Shown: piece after piece, positions 10,672 to 20,000 of the stretch | How positions within the stretch are numbered: position 1 is the first letter of the stretch | How the letters are laid out: each line of letters starts with the position of its first letter | Source of the DNA: Moniliella sp. 'wahieum' | Lineage: Eukaryota | Assembly: GCA_003971905.1 (NCBI GenBank) | Contig: RSEE01000002.1 | Coordinates: 1,299,583-1,319,582 of the forward strand | Direction: 5' to 3' | DNA: 20,000 nt | The notes under the pieces: generated by a model | Databases searched by the model: none | Seen by the model: the letters and a program-made list of their open reading frames with translations, nothing else | What the model was told of the DNA's origin: nothing | Made by a program: the position numbers and the translations under genes

Positions 10672-12115
10672 ATGAACGCGTCGCCCTCAGCCCCGTCCCT
10701 GTTGGAATCTCCGATGCACCTCCTGCCCACCCGCTCGGCCTCAGTCAAACACCCATCCTTCCGCGCCTTCATCCCAGCCAGGTCTGGCGCCGCCCACGCC
10801 TCCGCCTCTGCCTCGACAATCCACTTTCCGAGTCGTCAGGCCATGCTCGTTCCCGTACTCGGTCTCTCTCTCGTCCCCAGCGCACCCCGCGCCCCTTCTC
10901 GCAACTCCACGGGTCGTTTGTCGCGCCCGCCTCCCGGCTGGCTTAGCGCTAGCTCCTCAACCCCCGCACTCACTGCGTCGCCTCCCACATCACCCCATCG
11001 GCACCTTGGCACCACCTGCCCCGTCCCCCTTCTGGATGTGCCCATTACGCTCACCTTGGACGCGTGTCCGCTGTCTCCCTCCCCGGCGCCTTGCCCCATC
11101 TGCCCATCTTGCGCACCAGCCGTGCCCACTCCCTCCTCCCACCCCCTTGCCCAGTCTCCAAACCTCGCCCGATGTCATCTCGGGTCGCAGAGCCCACACG
11201 GACCAAGTCGATGTTCAGATCCCATCTCTCCTCTGCGCCCGGTGCTGCCCTTCCCCCTCCCCAGCCCATCCCTCCCCCGGCTCACACAGTGGACTCACTC
11301 TGCCCTGATTGAGCTGCGGGACATTTTCAACCTCGAGTCCTCCCCGTCCACATGGGCCGTGCAGCAGCTCCTCTTCCTATCCAAACAGAAGGAGACTGCC
11401 CTCAGCCCAGCTGCCATCCTCTCCCCACGTACCAACCAGGCCCAAGCGCTGGAACCATCAAAGCCCCCGTCCCAAGCCGCGCCGGGTCATTCCCGTCCCG
11501 AGTTTGGCCTGCCTACCCCAACGCAGTTGGAGGCGAGCTTCTTCTGGCATCCCTCCTTGTCACAGCGATGGCAGGCGCGGGTACGTCAAGCCGACGCGAT
11601 TTCGTCCGTGCTGCCTCGGGTGCTGTTGCTTCAGAGCAGCTTCCTGTTGCTTGGGGCAGTATGTGCATTTGGTTCGGCGCCACTTGGGTGCGCACCTCGC
11701 ATCTCGTTTCCACCCTCGTTGCCGCTGGCATGGACGGCTGTTCGCGCTTGGTCCGCGCCCACGTGCTGGTCCAACTGGTTTCCACCGCCTATGCGGCCGC
11801 AGAGCTGGCGTCCAGGCGCACTATGGCGACTCGCACTCCGTTCGTTCCGTCGGCTCCTGGGAGGCGCAGGCGACCTGGGTCCCAGCTGCCATCGTCCTCG
11901 CCCTGCCCGCCTTGGTGTTCCTCGCTTGGGCCCAGTTTCATCCCGCTCGTCAACTCGCCGCGTTGGCCGTCCAGTCCGCTCGCAGCGCCGCCCGGCCCAG
12001 CCCGTGGCCGCAGCGGCGGCTGTCACGGTCGCGGTCCCCACCCCGCGCTCCACCACCCCTCGTTCGCTACGCCACCACCCCCGGACCCAGTACTAGTATC
12101 TGCATGTCTATGTAA
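10672..12115 (+). CDS. hypothetical protein with Ser/Pro-rich N-terminus and possible C-terminal transmembrane helix; frameshifted, structure uncertain
   Basis: ATG in CCGCCATG context at 10672; long open frame; helical segments ALIELRDIFNLESSPSTWAVQQLLFL, RAHVLVQLVSTAYAAAELA, and hydrophobic WVPAAIVLALPALVFLAWAQF in shifted frames; followed by more AT-rich 3'UTR-like sequence. Confidence 0.45.
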
Positions 12116-13719
12116 TCTCCTATACCCATTCATCCATTGCATCCTCTTCATTTGCACAATGTTTGCTCGGCTACAGCAGTCGCTTCCAACCGGCTCAGGC
12201 TTCTGCGTTGTTTCTCGCCCGGAATAGTCCAGATGAGGTAGCCAGTTGATCCTCGTCGCTTCCCATGCATTTCGCCTTCACACTCGGCCTTGCGTCCAGT
12301 CCGAGTCCGAGTCCGAGTCAGACTCAAAGGGTGTGAACGTGGACGAGGGAGGGATGGGATTAGGTTGGTTGGCGGCGAGCGCGACTGTAACTAGTACCCC
12401 CTATAGCCATAATGCTTCGAACTAGGCGATTCAGGGATTTCGACCGAACCTGATGTGCAACCTCGTTAGACGCTGCCTGTCTCGACAGCAAAAACTACTC
12501 GCGGCCCTCCCACGTTCACGCCAGTGTGCCTTGTACTTGGGATCTGAACCGCGTTCAGTTCTCCGTCATTCTTGTCCGCGATGGGCAGGGAAGGTCTCCG
12601 CCTGGAAGCCAGCAACCCCCTCACAATACTCCAAACGAACAAACGGGTAGATGCAATGGGAAGCCACGTGTGCTTGGGCGGGCACCGGGCAGAGGAGTCC
12701 CGTTCCATTCTTTGCGAAGGGGAAACGGTTCTTCCTTGCAGTGGGAATCCTGCGGATAAAAGAAATAGGAACCGTGGGGGGGGGGGGTGAGCTCCCCCCC
12801 CTCCTTGCGGATTCTTGCACACGGTACTGATGGTGCGTCTCGGTCCGTGCTGCGCTTACAAAAGGTGCAGCGACACAGAATGGCTGTAGCCACGGACGGA
12901 CGATGCTCTGATCCAATTGAGAGTGAGAGCGGATGAAGACCATTGTGGTCTGCTTGGATATGGTGTTGGACGCTGCAGTTGCTGTGGCACAGGAAAAGAA
13001 GGCAGAGGAAATATGGGGTTGCAGAGCAATGTCGGAGAGGTCTCTTCAAGTCTCAAGTCTGTTGCTTGTCAAATTGAAAAGGCCTAGAGCAAGATCTCCG
13101 TTGATACATCCCAGCCCGCGTGGCATATACAAGGCCGATGAGCACTGAGTATTGAGCACTGGACTCAACAGGCCAAACAGACTGCAACCTTCTGGCAGCA
13201 GACGTTTCGGCAAGAAGGGTGGGGGGGGGACAAGCGAAGACTAATGGTACAGAGAGGGCCAACACGACAGCATCGAGAGACAAGGTCGGAAGAGACCAGT
13301 GATAGCGCCATTCCTTCGTGAGGAAGAAGCCAGAGCACAACTGAAGAGCACGTATGGAGAGCTGCATTATGAAGCAAAACGCACAGAACAGAAAGCGCGC
13401 GAGATGCGCAAAGACAGAAGTTGGGAGTGGGTGCGAGGCCAGCGGTTGGTGGTTGTGGGGGGGGCGACACAGAATCGCAACACTTCTGAAACATTATATG
13501 CCGAGTAAGGCGTAAGGCCTAAGGAGATACATACCCAGGTTTCGATACTGTGTGCGCTATATAATCTGCGAGCGTGAGAAGCGTTCGGCAGATCCCGGCA
13601 GTCGAAGTGGCGAAGAATGCGCTGGGTTAGGCTCGATGAGAAAAGTCCGACACATGACCTGCCTGCATGACCCTCATCGACATCATGCATCAACTATGGC
13701 TGAGAGAGAGCAAGCCGCT

Positions 13720-13754
13720 AACCCGTCAACCTGTCAACCTGTCAACCTGTCAAT
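13720..13754. repeat. 9-bp tandem repeat (AACCTGTC-type), about 4 copies
   Basis: aacccgtcaacctgtcaacctgtcaacctgtcaatc. Confidence 0.8.
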
Positions 13755-14286
13755 CGGCCATTGGAAGGCCGTTACCGGTTACCGGATCATCCATAGTATT
13801 AACGCTCCACAGCCCAGGAAGATTGTCAGTTTATACGGGTTTACACTTAGTATTAGTATACACTGATGCACTGCGAGCTGGCCGGGTGGAAAAGTTGAGT
13901 ACGCTGTCAGAGCGCTGCGTGCTGCGAACTGAGACGTATACTGAGTACAGAGGCTTATTGTCTCACAGAGCGGGCATTGTGCATTGCATCAGGTGTTTCG
14001 TGCCATATGCATAATAGGGACGAAAATGGCTGCGTTTGCGAGGCTGCTGTTGCAGCTAGGTTTTGGTGGGAACACTCAATACCTTAACTCTCAGCTGAGA
14101 TCGATGCTGCCGGTGAGAAGGGAGGCTTTGGCACGAGGTGGGGCCTGGGGACCGATCAGAAGATCATCCGTGCTGAGACGTCGAGGTTGAGACGGCCTGA
14201 TATGGATGTACGGGTGCGGGAGGGGGGGGCATAGTGAAGGGGGGGGGGGGGCAGCATGGGCTCATCCAGTGCTTTGGTACGAATGG

Positions 14287-14330
14287 CCAATGCAGGCCGC
14301 ATTGGCGCTGCATTATTGGATTTGCATTGG
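14287..14330. promoter_or_regulatory. cluster of four CCAAT boxes upstream of ERG5
   Basis: CCAAT 14287-14291; ATTGG at 14301, 14315 and 14326; 270-315 bp before the ERG5 ATG. Confidence 0.4.
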
Positions 14331-14600
14331 ATTTGTATTGCCGCATTGCAGGGCAGTCTACCAGTCGCACACCCCGCAGGCACCGGGCGGTGAGGCCGTA
14401 CGGCCCAGATGGCGTCAGGCGGGCACCCTGCATGGCGCCAGTGTGCATTACCCCATTTATCTGCGCGGTGCGCCGCCGGCACTGCGCCGCTGTTGCCAGC
14501 GGGTCTCTGCCGCCGCTTCAGGCTCCAGGCTTCCAGGCCAGCTGCTTTTCTTGGCTTCCTGCGCCAGCTCCTCTTCCCACCACCACCTGATCCTCCCATC

Positions 14601-16269
14601 ATGTCCTTTGCCGCCAACGCCTCGGCGACCGCCAACGTGGGCCCTTAGCCGCGCCTCTCTCGGTGCTCGCCACCCTGCCAATATTGGTGTCTCGGTGGTC
14701 GCGCTGTTTGCTACCTTGCTCATCTTTGAGCAGGTCAACTACCGCAACAAGAAGGGCAACCTCCCGGTGCTCCGTGGACCATCCCCATCATCGGCCGTTT
14801 TCTTGATTCTCTCCACCCCACCCTCGAGAACTACAAGAAAGGATGGGCCCAGGGACCCTTTCCGTCACCTCCGTCTTCCACATCTTCATTGTCCTTGCCT
14901 CCAACAACTACTTTGCGCGCAAGATCCTGACGAGCCCCACCTTTGCTGAGCCCTGCCTCGTCGCGTCCGCCAAGCAAGTCCTGTGCCCCGACAACTGGTG
15001 CGTCTCATCTCTCCCCCCATCCTCCCTCGTTGATTCCTGCCCCCTTTCCTAACTTGACATTTTATCCCAGGGTGTTCCTCGCGGCAAGGCCCATGTTGAT
15101 TACCGCAAGGGCCTCAACACGCTCTTTACCCGTCGTTCTCTCGCCATCTACCTGACCATCCAGGAACGCATCTACTCCAAGTACTTTGACAATGGCTCTC
15201 CAACCCTTCGCCCGATGCGCAGCCGATGATGTTCCCGTTCCGTGACCTGAACATGGAGACGTCCCTGCGCGTCTTTTGTGCGTGAGTATCTGCCGCAGGA
15301 GGCGGCCGACCAGATCAGTTCCGAGTTTTGGCTCATCACGGTCGCTCTTGAATTGGTCAACTTCCCTATCCCTCTCCCCGGTACCAAGGTATGGAATGCA
15401 ATTCAGGCCCGCAAGCGCATGATGAAGTGGCTCATGTCGGCTGTCGCTCAAAGCAAGGAGGCCATGACGGCCGGCGAGAGAGGTGACCTGCCTGACCGAT
15501 GCTTGGATTAAGAACATGATCGAGGCGCGCCGTGACACGGAGGGCGAGTCGGAAGAACTTAGCCGTGCTTCTCGTCTCGCCTTGGTGCGCGAGTTTGACG
15601 ACCGTGAGATTGCCATGACGGTGCTTTCGTTCCTGTTTGCGTCGCAGGATGCCATGTCCTCGGCTCTGATCTACCTCTTCCAGCACATGGCGGACCATCC
15701 TGAGCTTCTGCAGAAGGTGCGTGAGGAGCAGTACCGTCTGCGTGGCGACGACATCGATGCACCCATCACTACGACCTGTTGGAGGAGATGGACTACACGC
15801 GCTGGGTCGTTAAGAGAGCATGCGCGTCGCTCCGCCCGTGATCATGGTCCCTTACCTGGCCAAGAAGCCGTTCCCCATCTCCGACTCGTACACTGCTCCC
15901 AAAGGCTCCATGGTCATTCCCTCCTTCTGGGACTCGCTCCATGACGAAGAAGTCTACCCCAACGCCGATAAGATCGTCCCTGAGCGCTGGGACCCTGCTA
16001 AGGGGGGCGACAGCCCCGAAATGACCCGCAACTACCTCGTCTTTGGCGCCGGCGTGCACAACTGCATTGGCCAGCAGTATGCCATCATGCACCTCACTGC
16101 GTCCTGGGCGCTGCGTCGGTCAAGATGAACTGGCACACCAGGTCACCCCCGAGTCGGAAAAGGTCAAGATCATTGCCACCATTTCCCCAAAGACGACTGT
16201 TTGCTCAAATTCACCAAGCGCCCGATCCCGCCGCCCGGTACCGCCCCCGAGGTGGCCGCTCAGCCATGA
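14601..16269 (+). CDS. ERG5: sterol C-22 desaturase, cytochrome P450 CYP61; frameshifted in this assembly
   Basis: N-terminal anchor [68 protein letters not shown] (intron 14998-15070, GTGCGT..CTAAC..CAG); [18 protein letters not shown]-helix [33 protein letters not shown] (ExxR); PERW; heme motif [25 protein letters not shown]. Stop TGA at 16267-16269. Confidence 0.95.
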
Positions 16270-16774
16270 ACGAACTTGCCTTGCAAACCCCTCTCCCCTC
16301 TCTCTTTTTCCCTCCCTAACCCATCCATCTGTCTCTTCCTTTCTTTCCGGAGCGCCCTTCCGCGTGCTCATGTCTCGCCGCGGACTCTCCTGGCTCTCAT
16401 ACATGCCATGCCCTTGCCCTTGCCTCTTGTCCTGCTGATCGCCCCTATCATGGAATCCATACCAAGCAACGTTGTGGACTAGCGTGTTTTCTCCCCGGTG
16501 CGGGCCTATCTCATCGCGACCGCGGATTTGTTCGCGAAATAGACGGTGGAATCCATAAGGGATCGGGAAAGGGACGGGGGTGGTTGTCGAGCAAGGAAGG
16601 ACGCAATGAGCGCTAGGCTAGTACGGTAGGTAATTAGCAAGAGCAAAGACGATTGGGCCGGTCGTGCCGGCGCCGCATGGCGTCTTGGGCCTATCTGTCT
16701 GCTACCTACATACTTACTACATACCCCGGCAGCGCCACAACTGCGAGCCAGTCAAGGAGAGACGCAGACCAGAA

Positions 16775-16808
<34 letters not shown>
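16775..16808. repeat. (GCAGAC)5 microsatellite
   Basis: Five perfect GCAGAC hexamers between the convergent ERG5 and kinase 3' ends. Confidence 0.85.
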
Positions 16809-17016
16809 CAGCGGCAGTGGTAGGCAATGCAATGGGGCTGCGTTGGTTGGTATGGGGCAAGACGAACAGAACTGGATCAAAACAGATGCCGAGGCACAAA
16901 CAATTTGGTAACTCCACCTTCTGCCGCACCTACACACACCCAGACCCACACCCACACCCACATCCTCACCCCGATGCACACCCCCTCCCCGGCACTGGGT
17001 CGCGCCTCGCCTGCGC

Positions 17017-19957
17017 TCACAACAACCCGTCCCGCCGGCCGCACGGAACAGCTTGGCCAGCGCACGGTTGCGCCCTCGGCACCCTGACCCGGGGCGAGGT
17101 GGGTGGTGGTGGTGGTTGGGCCGACGTGCGGCGGGGACACGACATCGGCGACCGAGGTGGCTGGGTGGGGCTTAGTGGCCTGCGCAGCGCGCACACCACG
17201 GGTCGACCATTGGCGGGCGGAGGCGCGGCCATGGAAGAGGAAGCACAGGATGCGTGGGATGCGTGGGAAGTGTGGGGAAGTGTGGGATGCGTAGGAGGCG
17301 CAGGAGGCACGGGAAGCACGATGGGATTCGCTCGGGAGCGAACGGACGCTGGAGCCAGTGGGGTGGTGGGACTGGGACGGGGTCGAACAAAGATTTCGCG
17401 AGGTAACTCGCGTCCAAAGCGGGTTGCGTGCGCGACTTCCCCCTGCTCTTGGCGGGGTTGGGGCCCGAGGCAGTGTGGAGCGAGCGCGGACGCAGCTCCG
17501 AAATCGGATGCAGGTTCCGGTTCACAGCCGCCCTCGGCCGTGCGCGAACGCGGCGGTGGCGTTGGAATGGGAATGGGACGAGTCGAGCGACCGACGAACA
17601 GTGGGACCAGCAGGCGCCGAGGCGGCCACGCGAGGAATAGATCGAGGCGCCATCGTCGGCATTAGAGAACAGGGACGTTGTCCACGAGCCGGTTCCGCCC
17701 GCGCCCTGCGCACGGGGGGGACACCGGCTCCCATTCCATTCCCACTGCCACTGCCACTGCCACTCGCCCCGCTCAACAAGGAGCCACGCAAACTGGTCGC
17801 CGTACTGGCCGTGCTGGGCCGAACCCGAAACCACTGAGCCAATCGACAGCGGATCCAAGCGAAGCTTGGTCTGCGTTCAGGGACAGATTGGAACGACCAT
17901 CCTGCCCTCGGCCGTGCCCACGGGCCCGCGGGCAAATGGGCACCCAGAACGCGGGCGGCCTTGTCGGGGAATGACCGGGGTACACCGACGCATCTCTCGC
18001 TCGCATTTCGCCTGGCAGAGGCGCGATCCAGTGCGGTGATGGGCCACGCGACGAGGCGGGTGACGGTGACAGGTGGGGGGAAGGCGACGGCGCAGAGGGG
18101 GCCAGCCCGAGACCGAGGCCGAGGCTCAGGCTCGCTTCGGCCTCAGCCTCGCCCTGGGCCAGACACGCTGCACCAGGACCGGGATGGACCATGTCGCTCG
18201 AGTTGCGTCGCGAAGCGGAAACGTGAGCTTTGTGCGCCGACGCGGCCCGTCGGTTGCCGCGCTTGCGTCGGCGGCCAGAAGATGCTTGCGACAAGACACT
18301 CTCCCGTTCTCCGTTGGGTAACGCCGCATCCCCAGACGCGCCTCCGTCCACTTGGTTCGCGCGCAACCCCACCTCCTCCGCTTCGTCATCCGACACGGCC
18401 GCCGAATACGCCGCACGCGAACGTCGCGTACCGGTGTGGCCAGCTCCGCGTTCGGCTTGCCGCACGGCAGGGTTGGAGCTGCCGCGGGCGGACGGGAGCG
18501 GGACCGCGGCGGGCGCGAATGCGAATGCGAGCGGGAACGGTGGGGATCCGCGCAGAGGGGCAGGGTGATGCCCATCGCCGCGCCACGAGATAGGCTGCGG
18601 TCGGAATCGGACAAGGCGAGGAGGGTGGGGAGCAAGGCGGTGCGCGCCCAGAGCGCAATTTGCCTAGGCGTCGCCCGTCGGTCCGGGTTGGGATGCAGAA
18701 TGTGATGGGCAAGGAAGGAGGCGGCAGGGTGGGGCAAGCTGTCGAATGCGAGCACGAGAAACTCGATGGGGTCCGACTCGAAGCACGCATACGAGGGACA
18801 CGTTTGGCGCGTGCCAGGCGAAAGGGTGCCGATGGAACAAGAGATTGAGTAGCACAATGCCCAACGCCCACGTGTCCGCTTGCATCGGGTCGTACACATG
18901 ACCGTCGTCTATGCACTCGGGCGCCAAGTACGCGTCGGCAGTGCATCCGCCATCATCGCACGTCGAGTCGGTAGTAGCATGGTGCAGTCCCATGAGCTGA
19001 GAATCGCCCTCGGTTCCGTCTCCTGCGCTTCGGATGCCGTCGAGGCCCGGTGGGTACGACGGTCATGGCCACGAGGTTGTGCGGCTGGATGTCTCGGTGG
19101 GCCAAGCCCCAGTCGTGCAAGACTTGCACCACGTCGCACAATTGCGCAAATAAGTCGATCACGACGCGGAGACGAGGCGGAGAAAAGAGGAGCGGGCCCT
19201 CGGTCACCGCTAGCCAGGCCAACGCACCGAGGTTTTCCAGATGGGGATCGGGATCGGGAGGCGCGGCGGGCGCAGCGGGCAGAGCCGCAACAGCCAAAGA
19301 TGTAAAAGCAGCGGACATCGTCTCTGCTGGGCGAGTTTCACTGAGCTCGAGCAAGTAAAACAGATCATGCCCAGGAACGAGTCATTGAGAACAAAGAGAT
19401 GGTGGGGCGTATCGAGCAGGGCATAGCGAGTGACCAGGTTGGGATGGATAGGGAGCGAGAGATGGAAGTGAGCGTCGGACAACTCGTCGGCTAAGAGCGC
19501 GGGGAGAGGTAGTATTTGGACAAGCACGTGAGCAGCAACACGGCGTCCTGATCCGTGTCCACTGCCGCCGGCTCCAGCGTGCGAGGCAAGGGCGCGCCGG
19601 CAACCTGGCGAACAAGGTAGATGCTCGTGTACACGCCCTGGCCCAGGCTCTTGACGACCGCCACCGTCGGGCCAGCCCGGGCGTGTCGGGGCGGACAGCA
19701 AGCAGACGCACGGGGTGGGAGCGATGGGTCTCGTTCGGGCCCAGTCGGTCGCCGGGGAGCAGCGGGGGGGCGTCGTCACTCGGCGTGCCAGAATCCAGGC
19801 TGCGTGCGGGGGGGACGCGTGGGCTGCTGGGCGCCGAGGGGGGCGGGCGGGCGGTGTCGGTCAGGGGGCAGGCTGCAGCGGGGGGGCGGGGTGTGGGGGC
19901 GAGTGTGTCGGGCGGCGGGCGGGGGACGGGAGGGACGACGCAGGTGGGGCGGCACAT
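17017..19957 (-). CDS. Ran1/Pat1-like (SKS1/VHS1-related) Ser/Thr kinase-fold protein with degenerate catalytic motifs and a long Ser/Pro-rich C-tail; frameshifted, both ends approximate
   Basis: Joining frames gives KSLGQGVYTSIYLVRQV; LLLTCLSK; HLSLPIHPNLVT; DLFYLLE; LFAQLCDVVQVLHDWGLAHRDIQPHN; YLAPEC; YDPMQADTWALGIVLLNLLFHRHPF; HPNPDRRAT; basic motif GRRRKRG in the tail. Confidence 0.8.
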
Positions 19958-20000
19958 AGCGCGACGCGGGCGGGGGCGGGGGCGGGGGGGCTGGCAGGGC

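Noticed and set aside
9435..13754. Tandem repeats as a CRISPR-like array
   Set aside because: Units are contiguous with no unique spacers, and the context is eukaryotic.
14601..16269. ERG5 (and the lipase and puuE-like gene) as pseudogenes
   Set aside because: Lesions are 1-nt indels typical of sequencing error; all key motifs and splice sites are intact.
1798..16269. Lipid or secondary-metabolite gene cluster (lipase + P450 + deacetylase)
   Set aside because: These are housekeeping-type genes with no backbone synthase, transporter or cluster regulator; co-location is likely incidental.
16664..17665. 333-aa + strand ORF and other long antisense ORFs
   Set aside because: Shadow ORFs of GC-rich minus-strand coding sequence and microsatellites; no recognisable domain.
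7181..19957. Functional pairing of the DCAF7 relic with the nearby kinase
   Set aside because: DCAF7 partners are DYRK/HIPK/Yak1 kinases; this kinase is Ran1/Pat1-like and the DCAF7 copy is broken.

Overview
GC-rich eukaryotic (fungal, most likely basidiomycete) genomic DNA with short GT-AG introns carrying CTRAC branch points. All recognisable genes are broken by frequent 1-nt indels, many in homopolymers, which look like long-read assembly errors. Recognisable genes: a TGL3/4/5-like patatin lipase (+, ~1.8-4.75 kb); a PuuE/SpCda1-type polysaccharide-deacetylase-fold protein, probably an allantoinase (-, 5323-6387); a truncated, stop-containing DCAF7/WDR68/YPL247C WD40 relic (-, ~7180-8397); an orphan putative membrane protein (+, ~10.7-12.1 kb); the sterol C-22 desaturase ERG5/CYP61 (+, 14601-16269); and a Ran1/Pat1-like kinase (-, ~17.0-19.96 kb). 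The main highlight is that the kinase has lost the beta3 Lys, the catalytic-loop Lys and the whole DFG motif by in-frame substitution, so it is a candidate pseudokinase. The second is a ~2.8 kb block (7.2-10 kb) of degraded coding DNA in which stops arise by C>T/G>A transitions, containing a DCAF7 fragment with two conserved Trp codons converted to TGA/TAG. All family assignments come from motif recognition by eye, not database searches.
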